Sequence record: SRR31156797_3512
Length of the DNA: 33,904 nucleotides
Reading direction: 5' to 3' (one strand)
Each line of letters starts with the position of its first letter. The first letter of the stretch is position 1. Below, in pieces: positions 11,375 to 23,318 of the stretch. The notes under the pieces were generated by a model. The model saw only the letters and a list, made by a program, of their open reading frames with translations, searched no databases and was not told where the DNA came from. The translations under genes were made by a program, and so were the position numbers.

Positions 11375-12874
11375 TTAGAACACTAAACTCCAACCAACGG
11401 ATCGCCAATAATCTTGCTCGGTTAATAAATCGGCGTGCAACAGCTTGTTGCTTTCTAGCCAATCCGCATCTTCACAGCAGAGCGTCCACTCATCTTCATT
11501 GGCGTTCAGTGTTAACGGTGGTAGTGGCTCATCATTCCGTTGTCCGTTGACGAGAATTGCTAAGCGCAAAACTCGAATTAAGCCGATAATGTGCTTTTTC
11601 TTAAACAGAGAAAAATCAGCCATTTCATTGAGTTTCAAAGCTTTACGCTGAAAGCGAGCTAAGGTGGATAACACTAATTGCTGTTCACTGTTAAAGCCCG
11701 GCATATTGGTATGACGCAGTATGTAAGCAGAATGACGATGGAAAGCTTGTAAGCTGATGCTTAAGCCCACTTCATGCAGTAGTGCACTCCACTCAAGCAG
11801 ATCAAATAGCTCACTTTTCTTTTTCAGCCCCAACTCGGAAGAGACATTATCTAGAAAGTCTTTCGCATAGCCTTTTACTTGCGCGGCATGGCCTAGATCA
11901 ACGAGGTGTTTTGCCGCAAGGTTCTCGGTAGTGCGCAAGCGAATATCGGAATATTTAAAACGATCTTCCATTTCATACAGAAGGCCTTCACGAAGCGCAC
12001 CATCAGAAAAATGCATCTCTTTGATGTGAAGGTCTTTAAAGATCGCTGAAAGAATCGCGACTCCGGCAGCAAATACGGGCTTGCGGTCATCGGTTAGAGA
12101 AGGTAAATCGATGTCGTCGATCTTCTCCCACTCACACAACTTATCGATCAGTTTATTAAGACGATCGGATGTGATGATGCCATCTTCATCACCGAGATCA
12201 ATTAGCACTTCGCGAATGGCTTTAATGGTTCCTGATGATCCAAAAACACTTTGCCATCCCTTTTTCCGATACTTCGAAGCCATTGACTCGAGTCTCTGCT
12301 CTGCCGCGAGAATGGCTTTAGAGAAGTTTTTCTTAGAGAGTTTACCGTTAGCGAAATGCTGGTGGGTATAACTGACACAACCCATCTGCTTACTGTTTAC
12401 CAGTTCAGCTTCAAACCCTTTGCCAATAATCATTTCCGTACTGCCACCGCCGATATCCACCACGAGCATGGAATCGGATTGCGGTTGGGTATGAGCAACA
12501 CCTAAATAAATCAGGCGGGCTTCTTCCGTTCCGGGAATGATCTCAATCGGGAAGGGCATAACTTCACGAGCACGTTGGATGAAGATATGGGCATTGTTCG
12601 CACGTCGTAAGGTGTGTGTGGCAGCAATACGCACGTTATCGGGTTCAAAACCTTGTATACGTTCAGCAAACATCGCCAAACATTCTAACCCTCGCTCTAT
12701 CGAGGAGTTATCCAGGTTATTCTGTGAATCCAACCCTGAAGCTAATCTTACCCGCTGCTTATGACGACTAATCAGTTGTAGATCTTGATCGACCACTTTC
12801 GCCACCACCATATGAAAGCTGTTCGAGCCTAAATCAATAGCGGCAATTTCACGGGTTTGGATAGCTTGGTTCAT
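11375..12874 (-). CDS. ppx: Exopolyphosphatase
   Basis: [38 protein letters not shown]-terminal HD-like ALLHEVG; directly downstream of ppk1. Confidence 0.95.
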   Translation of the reverse strand: MNQAIQTREIAAIDLGSNSFHMVVAKVVDQDLQLISRHKQRVRLASGLDSQNNLDNSSIERGLECLAMFAERIQGFEPDNVRIAATHTLRRANNAHIFIQRAREVMPFPIEIIPGTEEARLIYLGVAHTQPQSDSMLVVDIGGGSTEMIIGKGFEAELVNSKQMGCVSYTHQHFANGKLSKKNFSKAILAAEQRLESMASKYRKKGWQSVFGSSGTIKAIREVLIDLGDEDGIITSDRLNKLIDKLCEWEKIDDIDLPSLTDDRKPVFAAGVAILSAIFKDLHIKEMHFSDGALREGLLYEMEDRFKYSDIRLRTTENLAAKHLVDLGHAAQVKGYAKDFLDNVSSELGLKKKSELFDLLEWSALLHEVGLSISLQAFHRHSAYILRHTNMPGFNSEQQLVLSTLARFQRKALKLNEMADFSLFKKKHIIGLIRVLRLAILVNGQRNDEPLPPLTLNANEDEWTLCCEDADWLESNKLLHADLLTEQDYWRSVGWSLVF

Positions 12875-12884
12875 AGGCGAATAC

Positions 12885-14975
12885 TTACTCTCTATGGGCG
12901 TTAGCCCCTTGTTTACGTGTTTGTTTTTCTACATTTTTAAGATAGTCATAAATTGCGATTTGAGAACGTATTTTTTTACGATTGCCACGTTTGACGTAGC
13001 TGTTGCTCATTTCTTTATCAATGACTCGAGCTTTTACGGTATCAGTAAACTGGATGTTTAGGATATCGATAATTCTCTGTTTCAGCCTTTCATCACGAAT
13101 CGGAGCGGTAACTTCAATGCGATTATCAATGTTTCTTGTCATCCAGTCAGCGGAAGAAATATACACTTGCGGATCACCATCGTTATGAGTGACAACAACA
13201 CGTGGGTGTTCTAAGAAACGGTCAACAATACTGATGATTTCAATGTTGTCACTGATGCCTTCAACGCCAGGCACCAACGAACACATACCACGAATAATCA
13301 TACGAATCTTAACGCCAGCCGTATTGGCTCCGTAGAGCTTATTAATCAGCCCTTTATCGACCAGATTGTTGACTTTAATGGTAATTGCCGCGTTTTTACC
13401 CGCTTTGGCGTTAGCGATTTCACCATCGATTAAACGATACAGACGAGTTCGAGAGTTACGTGGTGAAACGATCAAGTGATTAAACTTGTTGGGCCTAAAT
13501 GGACTTTCAATATAGTTAAATACACTGCGTACTTCGGTGGTTAACTCTTCATCGGCGGTCAAGAGTGAAAAGTCGGTATAAATACGCGCTGTTTTTTCAT
13601 GAAAGTTACCCGTGCCAATGTGCGCATAGCGCACAAACTCACCCTCTTCTTTGCGGGTAATCAGGAGAAGTTTGGCATGAATCTTCATACCCGGCGCGCC
13701 AAAAATAACATGCACTCCGGCTTCGGTGAGGATCTTGGACCACTCAATGTTGGCCTCCTCATCGAATCGAGCTTGCAGCTCAACCACAACAACGACACGT
13801 TTGCCATTGTGTACCGCATCGATCAGTGAGTTCATTAAGCGCGAATCTTTCGCTACACGGTAAACGTTGATCTTGATGCTCACGACTTTAGGGTCAAATG
13901 AAGCCTGTCTTACTAACTCGGTAATATGTTCAAAAGTGTGGTACGGGTAATGCAGCAGGATATCTTTAGCGCGAATGGCATCAAATGAGTTTGGATACCC
14001 TTCAAAGTCTGCACATTTCATCGGTGGCAACGGCTTATTTTCTAAGTAGTCGCGACCAACGTTGGGAAAGCTGATAAAGTCTTTGAAGTTGTGGTAACGG
14101 CTGCCGGGTTGCAAGCTATCATAATGAGAAATTTGCAGTTTTTCGCACAAGAATCGCAGCATTTTCTCCGGCATACCGCGTTCGTAAACAAAACGTACTG
14201 GCATTGCAGTGAGTCTTTGACTCAAACCTTCGGACATCTGCTCTAGCAGACTGTATTCAACTTCGTGACGTAAATCGTATTCTGCATCACGGGTCATTTT
14301 CATTGAGTAGCCATTGAGCTCATCATAATCGAAGAAGCCCTTGAAAATGCTTTCCAAACAGTAGCGGATGATGTTGTCGAGTAAGATGATGGTTTTACGA
14401 CGTTTGCCTTTTTGTTCAGGTACCATCACAAAACGGGGAAGGTGATCAGTGGGTATTTCAATTAACGCGTACTGACAGTGGTGCTCTTTTTTAAGCTCAA
14501 CCGCGATATAAGCGTACTCATCTTTTAAGAACTGAAGTACGTCGATTTCATCTTTCATTAATAACGGCGTGATATGAGGAAGAACCTCTTTCTCAAAGTA
14601 TTTTGTGATCCACCGCTGTTGAGATTCATCGAGTTGGGTCTCATTGACCAGAAAAATCCGTCTGCGTGCCATTTCTAAGATCAGATCACCGTAGAGCTGA
14701 TCGAAATCTTGGTTGAGTTTGTTGGCTTTGCTTTGCATTTGAGAGAGCAGGTGTTTGGAAATATCATTACTTCCTCGCTCTCGATTGATCAGTATCATAC
14801 GTTTTACATCAGCAAATCGTACTTTATAGAACTCATCTAAGTTGTTGGAAAATATACCTAAGAATCGAACACGTTCAATGAGAGGTACGGTTTTATCTGC
14901 AGCTTCTTGTAATACTCGCTCATTGAACGACAACCAACTTAGTTCCTTGTCGATATACAGCTTATCCGTACTCAT
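12885..14975 (-). CDS. ppk1: Polyphosphate kinase 1
   Basis: [30 protein letters not shown] (phospho-His), [17 protein letters not shown]. Confidence 0.97.
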   Translation of the reverse strand: MSTDKLYIDKELSWLSFNERVLQEAADKTVPLIERVRFLGIFSNNLDEFYKVRFADVKRMILINRERGSNDISKHLLSQMQSKANKLNQDFDQLYGDLILEMARRRIFLVNETQLDESQQRWITKYFEKEVLPHITPLLMKDEIDVLQFLKDEYAYIAVELKKEHHCQYALIEIPTDHLPRFVMVPEQKGKRRKTIILLDNIIRYCLESIFKGFFDYDELNGYSMKMTRDAEYDLRHEVEYSLLEQMSEGLSQRLTAMPVRFVYERGMPEKMLRFLCEKLQISHYDSLQPGSRYHNFKDFISFPNVGRDYLENKPLPPMKCADFEGYPNSFDAIRAKDILLHYPYHTFEHITELVRQASFDPKVVSIKINVYRVAKDSRLMNSLIDAVHNGKRVVVVVELQARFDEEANIEWSKILTEAGVHVIFGAPGMKIHAKLLLITRKEEGEFVRYAHIGTGNFHEKTARIYTDFSLLTADEELTTEVRSVFNYIESPFRPNKFNHLIVSPRNSRTRLYRLIDGEIANAKAGKNAAITIKVNNLVDKGLINKLYGANTAGVKIRMIIRGMCSLVPGVEGISDNIEIISIVDRFLEHPRVVVTHNDGDPQVYISSADWMTRNIDNRIEVTAPIRDERLKQRIIDILNIQFTDTVKARVIDKEMSNSYVKRGNRKKIRSQIAIYDYLKNVEKQTRKQGANAHRE

Positions 14976-15018
14976 GTTACACCTTCTGACTAATCAATTG
15001 ACGTTGATAACTTTTTGC

Positions 15019-15052
15019 AAAGTATTGCTTTTATGTGACGTTTTTATTGCAA
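15019..15052 (-). promoter_or_regulatory. Candidate Pho box plus -10 element for ppk1-ppx
   Basis: Minus strand reads TTGCAAT-AAAA-ACGTCAC (15052-15035), then 10 nt, then TACTTT (15024-15019). Confidence 0.55.
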
Positions 15053-15102
15053 AAGGACTTTTATTTCTCAGAGTTGTTTTATTTTCAGTTGTTTAATTCA
15101 CT

Positions 15103-15136
15103 TTGTAATATAATTGTCACCTAAACGAAATACTAT
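15103..15136 (+). promoter_or_regulatory. Pho box plus -10 element for pstCAB-phoU
   Basis: TTGTAAT-ATAA-TTGTCAC (15103-15120), then 10 nt, then TACTAT (15131-15136). Confidence 0.75.
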
Positions 15137-15166
15137 GATAGTCCATAAAAATAGGTAGAGTTTTAA

Positions 15167-17368
15167 ATGGTACAAGCCACATTTTCATTGAAAGATCGTG
15201 ACCAAAAACGATTGATTAAAGATCGCATGGTTCGTCTAGCGGTGACGTGCGGTGGCGTAAGTGTGCTTGGCGCTTTGGTGCTTATTTTCGTTTATCTGGC
15301 TTTGGTTGTTTTACCGCTGTTTTCTGATGCAAAACTTGAATCAGGCTTTGCTAGCCAGCCAATATCTACCTCCAACCCTGAATATCTTGCTATCGATGAA
15401 TATGGCGAGCGTGCCTTTGTGGTGAGCGATAAAGGCAAAGCTGAGTTTTGGTTACTCAATCACGAGAAAAGCAGCCCTATCTGGAGTGAACAACTCAATA
15501 TTACCCCAACGTTTTTCTCTACAGCGTCATCGAACTCTAGCTGGTTTGGACTCAGTGATGACCAAAACAGCGTTGTTGTTATCCGGCCGCAATTTGTTTA
15601 TTCGTTAGCGAAATCAGGAAGAGGTTTTACGCCGGAATTGGAACAACTCCCTCTGGCGGAGAGCTTTAAGCTTGCTCCGGTTGGTACGCCGGTAAAACGG
15701 TGGCATTTTACGGTTACCGAGTCAGAAGCGGTCTTTGCCAGCTACCTAAGTGACCACACTGTTATTGTACGCTGGGCTGACTTAAACCAAGGAACGCAAA
15801 CGGAAGAGTTTCGTTTTCCTGTTCCATTCGATCACGTTGAACAGTTGCTTCTTACCCCCGATGCCAGAACGCTTTACATCCGCAATGGTTCAGAACTGGT
15901 TGTCGCTCTGCGCCAAGGTAATCAGTTTGTTGTTAGAGAAATTGTAGACCTTAGCCAAGGTAATAGTAAGCACAATGTCACTTCAATGACGCTACTTTCA
16001 GGTGCTTACTCGCTATTGGTCAGTCATAGTGATGGGCTTGTTTCACAGTGGTTTGACGTTCTGAAAGATGAAGAACGTAAACTAACGCAAATCCGAGACT
16101 TCAAACTGGCTTCAGAAATGACCATGTTGCTACCGGATACGTTCAGAAAAGGTTTTTACAGCTTCTATAAAAACGGAACAGTTCAAAGCCATTACACTAC
16201 CAGTGAAAAGCTGGTCATTTTCGAACGAGCTTATACCAAGGCTCCTCAAATCGCGGCCATGTCTGACAATGAGCACTTCTTAGCCACCTTTAGTGATGGG
16301 CGTATTAGTGTGGCTAAAGTCGATAATGGCTATCCTGAAGTGTCATTCTCATCGTTGTGGCAAAAGGTTTGGTACGAGAGTTATCCCGAACCGCAATACG
16401 TTTGGCAATCGACGTCTGCGGGTGATGATTTTGAACCAAAATTTAGCTTAGTACCGATTGCATTTGGTACATTAAAAGCTGCGTTTTATGCCATGTTGTT
16501 TGCCGTTCCTATCGCGGTTTTAGGCGCGATTTATACGGCGTACTTTATGGCACCGAAAATGCGCAGAGTCGTAAAACCGACGATTGAGTTAATGGAAGCT
16601 CTGCCTACGGTGATCATCGGTTTCTTAGCCGGTCTTTGGTTTGCGCCAATCGTGGAATCGCACCTAGCTTCGATTTCTGCGCTCGCTGTCTTGTTACCTA
16701 TCGCTATGTTAGCGACGGGGTTCGTTTGGTCTCGCTTACCTAAGTCGCTGGTACGTCGTTTCTCAAATGGCTGGCATGCACTGATTTTGATTCCGCTTCT
16801 TATCGCATTTGTCTCTTTGGTGCTCTCTTTTACCGGCGAAATTGAAGCCTTGTTGTTTGATGGTGATGTTCGTTTATTTTTAGCTTCTCATGGCATCGAC
16901 TTTGACCAGCGCAACGCACTGGTGGTTGGCTTTGCGATGGGATTTGCCGTGATACCAACCATTTTCACTATTGCGGAAGATGCCATATTTTCAGTGCCCA
17001 AGCATCTGTCTGACGGCTCTTTAGCGCTGGGGGCGACCTCGTGGCAAACATTAGTCAATGTGGTGCTGCTGACCGCAAGCCCTGGTATTTTCTCGGCGGT
17101 AATGATGGGGTTAGGCCGAGCTGTGGGTGAAACAATGATTGTATTAATGGCTACGGGCAATACACCTATTTTGGACTGGAATATTTTGGAAGGTATGAGA
17201 ACACTCTCTGCAACCATTGCTGTCGAGTTACCTGAATCAGAAGTGGGAAGTTCCCACTTTAGAATATTGTTCTTAGCAGCCCTGCTTCTCTTCATGTTTA
17301 CCTTTGCGGTGAACTCTATCGCCGAATGGGTGCGCCAGCGTTTGCGTGCTCGTTATCGTTCATTGTAG
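15167..17368 (+). CDS. pstC: Phosphate ABC transporter permease PstC (long form with large soluble insert)
   Basis: C-terminal permease domain (ELMEALPTVIIG, EAA-like [23 protein letters not shown]) preceded by about 370 aa of beta-rich extramembrane sequence. Confidence 0.92.
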   Translation: MVQATFSLKDRDQKRLIKDRMVRLAVTCGGVSVLGALVLIFVYLALVVLPLFSDAKLESGFASQPISTSNPEYLAIDEYGERAFVVSDKGKAEFWLLNHEKSSPIWSEQLNITPTFFSTASSNSSWFGLSDDQNSVVVIRPQFVYSLAKSGRGFTPELEQLPLAESFKLAPVGTPVKRWHFTVTESEAVFASYLSDHTVIVRWADLNQGTQTEEFRFPVPFDHVEQLLLTPDARTLYIRNGSELVVALRQGNQFVVREIVDLSQGNSKHNVTSMTLLSGAYSLLVSHSDGLVSQWFDVLKDEERKLTQIRDFKLASEMTMLLPDTFRKGFYSFYKNGTVQSHYTTSEKLVIFERAYTKAPQIAAMSDNEHFLATFSDGRISVAKVDNGYPEVSFSSLWQKVWYESYPEPQYVWQSTSAGDDFEPKFSLVPIAFGTLKAAFYAMLFAVPIAVLGAIYTAYFMAPKMRRVVKPTIELMEALPTVIIGFLAGLWFAPIVESHLASISALAVLLPIAMLATGFVWSRLPKSLVRRFSNGWHALILIPLLIAFVSLVLSFTGEIEALLFDGDVRLFLASHGIDFDQRNALVVGFAMGFAVIPTIFTIAEDAIFSVPKHLSDGSLALGATSWQTLVNVVLLTASPGIFSAVMMGLGRAVGETMIVLMATGNTPILDWNILEGMRTLSATIAVELPESEVGSSHFRILFLAALLLFMFTFAVNSIAEWVRQRLRARYRSL

Positions 17369-17380
17369 GTGGGAGAGAAC

Positions 17381-19039
17381 ATGTCTTTATTTAAATGGAT
17401 TAAATCTGGCTCTCCTTGGATCTGGCTGACTGGCGGTGCGGTTAGCCTGAGTTTGATTTCTGTGTTGGGTTTGTTACTTCTGATTGGCTGGAAAGGGCTG
17501 ACTTATTTTTGGCCAGCGCCTTTATATCAGTGGCAAAGTTTAGAACAGCTAAATCAAGTCATCGTTGGCCAGCTATATGCTAGTGAAAATGTGCCCGTGA
17601 CCCATCTGCGTGGTATGGATATCAGTCTTCCCAAAGAGGTACTAGATGAAGGTACCGCGGAACGCTTGAGTATCAAAGTCGCCAACCGTGAACTCTACTC
17701 TGCCGATTTTATCTCTATCTTGGCGGTCAAAGTCTCTGAGCCAATCAAACCCAAAGGCTGGGCGGTAATAGACCGTACTCGTGATGGTCAATTTTTTGGT
17801 AAACCTGTGGGGTTTGAAACCGCTGACGGTCAGGTGAGTAGTTACATCTCGACATTACTTGAGCGTGGGCTCCAAGAAGTGGGAACGCTACGAGAGCAAA
17901 TTAATACTGTTATTAACCAAGAAATCCGTGTGGTCAGTAGCGCTTCAGAAAAATTGCGTTTGGAGAAACGTCGTTTAGAGCTCAATGGGAAGTTAACCGA
18001 TGATTTCCTCAAACAGTATGACGAGAGGCAGACTGTTCTTGATGGGCAGCGTAAAAATGCAGAAGCACATCTGGATCTTCTCCGCACTCAATTAAATCTT
18101 CAAGCTCTATTGGTTGAAGATATGACGGGGCAAAAAGTGCGTATTCCAATCAGCCATATTTTGGATATCTGGTACCCCAATGATATGACGACTACGGATA
18201 AGTTACTCCAATGGGGGAAACAGGTGTGGGCATTCTTGTCAGAAGACCCAAGAGAGTCTAACTCTGAGGGGGGCGTATTCCCCGCGATATTTGGTACGGT
18301 CTTCTTAGTATTAATTATGTCGATCATTGTGATGCCACTGGGGGTGATTGCTGCTATTTACCTGCATGAGTACGCGAAAGATAATAATTTCACTCGTATT
18401 ATTCGAGTTGCCGTTATTAATTTAGCGGGTGTTCCTTCGATCGTTTATGGTGTTTTTGGGTTAGGTTTTTTCGTTTATACCATCGGTTCTTCAATTGACA
18501 GTATCTTCTATGCTGAGCGTCTTCCAGCCCCGACATTCGGTACACCAGGGTTACTTTGGTCTGCGCTAACACTGGCTGTGTTAACGTTGCCGGTTGTGAT
18601 TGTCACCACGGAGGAGGGCTTAACCCGAATCCCTAATTCTGTTCGTCATGGTTCGTTAGCATTGGGTGCGACACAGTTTGAAACGATTTGGCGGATTGTC
18701 TTACCTATGGCTAGCCCTGCTATGATTACAGGGTTGATACTTGCAATCGCAAGAGCGGCAGGAGAAGTTGCGCCTTTGATGCTGGTGGGGGTGGTGAAGA
18801 TTGCTTCAAGCTTGCCGGTTGACGCCGAGTTTCCTTATGTTCATCTTGAACGTAAGTTTATGCATTTGGGTTTTCATATTTACGATGTGGGTTTTCAGAC
18901 TACCAATATTGAAGCAGCAAGACCTTTGGTTTACGCCACATCGTTTTTACTCGTGACTGTTATCGTAGCGTTGAACTTAACCGCTATCGGCATTCGAAAT
19001 AATTTGCGCGAGAAATATCGTACTTTAGGACAAGATTAA
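17381..19039 (+). CDS. pstA: Phosphate ABC transporter permease PstA (long form)
   Basis: [50 protein letters not shown] at 17381 with GGGAGAG RBS is preferred over GTG at 17369. Confidence 0.93.
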   Translation: MSLFKWIKSGSPWIWLTGGAVSLSLISVLGLLLLIGWKGLTYFWPAPLYQWQSLEQLNQVIVGQLYASENVPVTHLRGMDISLPKEVLDEGTAERLSIKVANRELYSADFISILAVKVSEPIKPKGWAVIDRTRDGQFFGKPVGFETADGQVSSYISTLLERGLQEVGTLREQINTVINQEIRVVSSASEKLRLEKRRLELNGKLTDDFLKQYDERQTVLDGQRKNAEAHLDLLRTQLNLQALLVEDMTGQKVRIPISHILDIWYPNDMTTTDKLLQWGKQVWAFLSEDPRESNSEGGVFPAIFGTVFLVLIMSIIVMPLGVIAAIYLHEYAKDNNFTRIIRVAVINLAGVPSIVYGVFGLGFFVYTIGSSIDSIFYAERLPAPTFGTPGLLWSALTLAVLTLPVVIVTTEEGLTRIPNSVRHGSLALGATQFETIWRIVLPMASPAMITGLILAIARAAGEVAPLMLVGVVKIASSLPVDAEFPYVHLERKFMHLGFHIYDVGFQTTNIEAARPLVYATSFLLVTVIVALNLTAIGIRNNLREKYRTLGQD

Positions 19040-19041
19040 AC

Positions 19042-19860
19042 ATGTTTTCCGTTGATCAAACGTTAGGCTATCCAGCCCCGCTGGATGTAAACAATTTAAC
19101 TGACAAGCAAACATCAATCTCTATTGAAGGATTAAGTCTGTTCTACGGTCAAACCAAGGCATTGAGCGATATATCTATGCGTATTCCCAAAGGGCAGGTT
19201 ACCGCGTTTATCGGACCTTCGGGCTGTGGCAAATCGACACTGTTGCGTTGCATTAATAGGATGAATGACCTTGTTGAAGCGTGTCGTGTTGAAGGTGAGG
19301 TCAAGCTGCATGGTAAAAACGTTTACCATCCGGATGTTGATGTGGCGACGTTAAGACGCCGAGTCGGGATGGTATTCCAGCGTCCAAACCCGTTTCCTAA
19401 ATCGATTTATGAAAATGTGGTGTATGGGTTGCGTCTTCAGGGGATTAAGAATAGCCGCACCTTAGATGATGCCGTTGAACGCTCATTGAGAGCAGCGGCA
19501 TTGTGGGATGAAGTTAAACACCGACTGCATGAAAATGCGTTTGGTTTGTCCGGCGGTCAGCAACAGAGACTGGTCATTGCCAGAGCAATAGCCATCGAGC
19601 CAGAAGTGCTATTATTGGATGAGCCAACATCGGCACTCGACCCGATATCGACACTCACGATCGAAGAACTGATCCACGATTTAAAAACCAAATATACGGT
19701 CGTGATTGTCACGCACAATATGCAACAGGCAGCTAGGGTCAGTGATCATACTGCCTTTATTCATATGGGAAAATTGATCGAGTACTCAGATACGGACTCA
19801 ATTTTCACCTCTCCATTGAAAAAGAAAACGGAAGACTACATTACTGGTCGATACGGTTAA
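19042..19860 (+). CDS. pstB: Phosphate ABC transporter ATP-binding protein PstB
   Basis: Walker [41 protein letters not shown]-terminus. Confidence 0.96.
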   Translation: MFSVDQTLGYPAPLDVNNLTDKQTSISIEGLSLFYGQTKALSDISMRIPKGQVTAFIGPSGCGKSTLLRCINRMNDLVEACRVEGEVKLHGKNVYHPDVDVATLRRRVGMVFQRPNPFPKSIYENVVYGLRLQGIKNSRTLDDAVERSLRAAALWDEVKHRLHENAFGLSGGQQQRLVIARAIAIEPEVLLLDEPTSALDPISTLTIEELIHDLKTKYTVVIVTHNMQQAARVSDHTAFIHMGKLIEYSDTDSIFTSPLKKKTEDYITGRYG

Positions 19861-19891
19861 ACACACAAACTCTGCGAATTAAGGATCCATC

Positions 19892-20590
19892 ATGCAGCTT
19901 GGTCGTCATATATCTGGTCAATTTAATGTTGAGCTAGAGTCCATTCGTACTCATGTACTGACTATGGGTGGGCTGGTAGAGCAGCAGCTGTCGTTTGCGA
20001 TGCAGGCAGTCAATAAGCAAGATATCGAGCTGGCTCGAAAGGTGGTGCGTGACGACCATAAAGTCAACGCGATGGAAGTGTCTATCGATGAAGCCTGTAC
20101 TCGAATCATAGCTAAACGACAACCAGCAGCAAAAGATTTACGTTTGATCATGGCGATCATTAAAACCATTACCGATCTTGAACGGATAGGTGATGTGGCG
20201 ACGAAGATGGCGTATGTCGCGATAGAGAGCCCTTCTTCTAAAGAGAGTCAGTTTCAGGTCTCTTTAGAGCCGCTATGTCGGAATGCGATTGCGATGCTGC
20301 ATCAGGTATTAGATGCCTTTGCACGTATGGATGTTGAGGCTGCCGCCGAAGTGTATAAGTTGGATGACAAGTTAGACAAAGAGTACGAGGCGGTGATTCG
20401 CCAATTGATGACCTATATGATGGAAGATCCAAAAAATATTCCACATATTTTACAGGTTATGTGGTCGGCGCGCGCGATAGAACGAGTGGGCGATCGCTGC
20501 CAAAATATCTGTGAGTACATTATTTATTTTGTCAAAGGCAAAGATGTCCGCCACTTAGGCGAACAATCCATTGATGATGTACTGCGTTAA
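19892..20590 (+). CDS. phoU: Phosphate signalling complex protein PhoU
   Basis: [40 protein letters not shown]. Confidence 0.96.
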   Translation: MQLGRHISGQFNVELESIRTHVLTMGGLVEQQLSFAMQAVNKQDIELARKVVRDDHKVNAMEVSIDEACTRIIAKRQPAAKDLRLIMAIIKTITDLERIGDVATKMAYVAIESPSSKESQFQVSLEPLCRNAIAMLHQVLDAFARMDVEAAAEVYKLDDKLDKEYEAVIRQLMTYMMEDPKNIPHILQVMWSARAIERVGDRCQNICEYIIYFVKGKDVRHLGEQSIDDVLR

Positions 20591-21336
20591 AGTGACTGAA
20601 TAATCTCATTAACCGCTTGAATGGCTTTAGGGTCGGTAACCGGAACAATGAAATCGTCTAAGTTTTGGTTACCCATTTTAGCGCTATTCGCTACCCGTTC
20701 CATTTTGCTTGGTCTGGATGATTTACCTGATAAGTGAACTTCTCTGACGCCCGTTTGTGTCACGATGTCAGCGACATTACGACTGTTAACACCCGCACCT
20801 GCCATTATTGATAGTTGGCCATTAGCGATGCGCACCATATCCTCAATCGTCTCTTTTCCTCGATCTGCGCTGGCAGCCAATCCCGAAGTTAACACTCGCT
20901 CACAACCTAACTCAGCAATGTTCTCGATGGCCTTTTTATAATCGCGGCATTGATCAATGGCGCGGTGGAAGGTGACTCCTAGTCCATTTAACCGAGCATG
21001 ATTCACGATACGTTGTGCCCGCTGCACATCAATATCACCGTTTGCGGTTAGCATGCCAAACACAATACCTTGTAACCCAGCTTCTGCGGCAGCATCAATA
21101 TCGTAAAGCATCGATTCCATATCATGGTCGTCGTAGAGGAAATCCCCTTGTCTTGGACGAATCATCGCATAGACAGGAATAGAAGATAGTTTCGCAGCTT
21201 GTCTCATCATGCCAAAGCTGGGGGTTAATCCTCCCAGTGCTAATGAAGAGCACAGTTCTATTCGGTTTGCACCACCTTTAATGGCATAAGTGAGGGATTC
21301 TAAGTTGTCGATACAAACTTCGATTTGGTAGCTCAT
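20587..21336 (-). CDS. cutC: CutC family protein (annotated copper homeostasis protein)
   Basis: [44 protein letters not shown]. Start moved to the ATG at 21336. Confidence 0.93.
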   Translation of the reverse strand: MSYQIEVCIDNLESLTYAIKGGANRIELCSSLALGGLTPSFGMMRQAAKLSSIPVYAMIRPRQGDFLYDDHDMESMLYDIDAAAEAGLQGIVFGMLTANGDIDVQRAQRIVNHARLNGLGVTFHRAIDQCRDYKKAIENIAELGCERVLTSGLAASADRGKETIEDMVRIANGQLSIMAGAGVNSRNVADIVTQTGVREVHLSGKSSRPSKMERVANSAKMGNQNLDDFIVPVTDPKAIQAVNEIIQSL

Positions 21337-21400
21337 TACAGACTCGCACACATCTAAAGACATACGGAGTGTAGCAAGATGCAAGGTGTTATGCAGAAAA

Positions 21401-21436
21401 TAAAAAAGCTCAAAGCAGATGCTTTGAGCTTTTTAA
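21401..21436 (-). terminator. Intrinsic terminator downstream of ahpC
   Basis: AAAAAAGCTCAAAGCA-GA-TGCTTTGAGCTTTTT inverted repeat, giving a U-run on either strand. Confidence 0.75.
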
Positions 21437-21527
21437 AGACTTTACTTCATAACTGATTGGCGGTGCGTTATCGCTTTATATATTGTCCAACCATTAACCC
21501 GAGTTGAGCGCTCGAGCTAAGAAGTGA

Positions 21528-22139
21528 TTACTTTTTACCTAGGTCGTCTGAGTGCTCAGACAGGAATGAAGCAACGCCTTTTGGAGATGCGTCCATACCA
21601 GCTTTACCTTCTTCCCATTGTGCCGGACAAACTTCACCGTGAGTTTGGTGGAAGTTTAGTGCGTCAACCATACGTAGCATTTCATCGATGTTACGACCTA
21701 GTGGTAGATCGTTAACTACTTGGTGACGTACAAGACCGTCTTCGTCGATTAGGAAAGAACCACGGAAAGCAACACCTGCTTCTGGGTGCTCAACATCGTA
21801 AGCTTTAACGATTTCGTGCTTAACGTCAGCAACTAGAGGGTATTTAACTTGACCAATACCGCCGTCAGCGATAGCAGTGTTACGCCATGCGTTGTGAGAG
21901 AATTGAGAATCGATAGAAACACCGATTACTTCAACGCCTTTAGCTTGGAAGTCTTCGAAACGCTTGTCGAATGCGATCAGTTCTGATGGGCAAACGAAAG
22001 TGAAGTCTAGAGGGTAGAAGAATACAACAGCTTTCTTACCTTTAGTAAATTCTGCGAAGTTGAATGTATCTACGATTTCACCGTTACCAAGTACAGCTGC
22101 AGCAGTAAAATCAGGGGCTTGACGACCTACTAGTACCAT
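21528..22139 (-). CDS. ahpC: 2-Cys peroxiredoxin (AhpC/Prx1 family)
   Basis: FYPLDFTFVCPSE (peroxidatic Cys), GGIG, GEVCPAQW (resolving Cys). Start at ATG 22139 with AGGAG RBS. Confidence 0.95.
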   Translation of the reverse strand: MVLVGRQAPDFTAAAVLGNGEIVDTFNFAEFTKGKKAVVFFYPLDFTFVCPSELIAFDKRFEDFQAKGVEVIGVSIDSQFSHNAWRNTAIADGGIGQVKYPLVADVKHEIVKAYDVEHPEAGVAFRGSFLIDEDGLVRHQVVNDLPLGRNIDEMLRMVDALNFHQTHGEVCPAQWEEGKAGMDASPKGVASFLSEHSDDLGKK

Positions 22140-22236
22140 TTTTTTGCTCCTAAGCATTAAATTTTTGATAAGTCGAACTGAATATAGTCGACTTAGTCCA
22201 TGTATGTACGACACAAACTATAGTACATTTTCCTAT

Positions 22237-22283
22237 ATAGAAAAAAGCGAATTAAATAGATTAACTTAATCGAAAAAAGCGAT
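22237..22283. promoter_or_regulatory. OxyR/LysR-type operator between divergent ahpC and oxyR
   Basis: ATCG-N7-CGAT (22269-22283) and ATAG-N7-CGAA (22237-22251), resembling the OxyR ATAG-N7-CTAT dimer site. Confidence 0.65.
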
Positions 22284-22337
22284 AATAAAAGGTATCATAG
22301 AGATTGAAATTAATTACCTACCGAATTAATCGCTGAT

Positions 22338-23243
22338 ATGAATAAATGGCCTAGCCTCAAACAGTTACATTACTTGGTTACCTTACATGAAACTCGCCAC
22401 TTTAGTGAAGCGGCGACTCGCTGTTTTGTTAGTCAGTCAACGTTGAGTAAAGGGATTCAAAATCTTGAAGAACTCATTGGCTGCCCGCTGTATGAGAAAA
22501 AAGATAAGAAGAGCCCTCTTGTTTTTACCCTTGCTGGAGAGCAGGTGGTAAAAAGAGGCAGAGAGCTGCTAGCGAAAGGGCAAGATCTGGTAGAAGTCGG
22601 GAAACTATGCCAAACCGATGCGATGGACGGGCAGTTGAGGTTGGGCTGTATTCCAACCATTGCACCATTCTTGCTGGTGGACTTAGTTCAGGAAGTCAAC
22701 ATTCGTTACCCTAATCTTCATTTACTTTTACGAGAAGATACGACAGCCAACTTATTGCAGGCGCTACGCCATGGTGAGCTGGATGTACTGATTCTTGCTC
22801 TGCCAATGGATGTTGGCAATATGGAGAGCAGGGTAGTAGGAAAAGATGCTTTTCGTATGGTCATTAGTCGCAATCAAGCTGACGGTATTCGAGTTCCAAT
22901 TAAGTATGATGACCTTCCTGATGAATCCGTCTTCTTATTAGAAAATGAACACTGCTTAACAGAACACGCCGTGTCTGCCTGCAAACTCACCGACAAAGAA
23001 AAGATCAACCCGTTTACAGCCACCAGCTTGCATACCTTGGTACAAATGGTAGCGAATGGGTTGGGAACCACTTTTATACCGCAAATGGCAATTGAACATG
23101 GGCTGTTAGAAAATCAAAACTTAGTGATTATTGACCCTCCTGGCCAACAAGCTTATCGAGAAATTGGCTTAATCTGGCGACCAAGTTCCTCGCGAAGTCA
23201 CACTTTTAATCTTCTTGCCGACTTAGTTTCGGAGATGCTATAG
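22338..23243 (+). CDS. oxyR: Hydrogen peroxide-sensing LysR regulator OxyR (OxyR2 type)
   Basis: LysR helix-turn-helix (FVSQSTLS), IPTIAPFLL, redox pair C206 and C215 in EHCLTEHAVSAC, ATSLHTLVQMVANG; divergent from the peroxiredoxin. Confidence 0.92.
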   Translation: MNKWPSLKQLHYLVTLHETRHFSEAATRCFVSQSTLSKGIQNLEELIGCPLYEKKDKKSPLVFTLAGEQVVKRGRELLAKGQDLVEVGKLCQTDAMDGQLRLGCIPTIAPFLLVDLVQEVNIRYPNLHLLLREDTTANLLQALRHGELDVLILALPMDVGNMESRVVGKDAFRMVISRNQADGIRVPIKYDDLPDESVFLLENEHCLTEHAVSACKLTDKEKINPFTATSLHTLVQMVANGLGTTFIPQMAIEHGLLENQNLVIIDPPGQQAYREIGLIWRPSSSRSHTFNLLADLVSEML

Positions 23244-23290
23244 CCATAAGTCTTAATTAAATTTGTTATGGTTGGACTGTGTAGTTAGTT

Positions 23291-23318
23291 AAAACGCGCT
23301 GTTTAAGGCGCGTTTTTT
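23291..23318 (+). terminator. Intrinsic terminator after oxyR
   Basis: AAAACGCGC-TGTTTAAG-GCGCGTTTTTT. Confidence 0.75.

Noticed and set aside
10358-20590. ppk1-ppx inverted between pstS and pstC, and oversized PstC/PstA, as novelties
   Set aside because: To my knowledge this order and the long permease forms are standard for this locus in Vibrio and related marine gammaproteobacteria.
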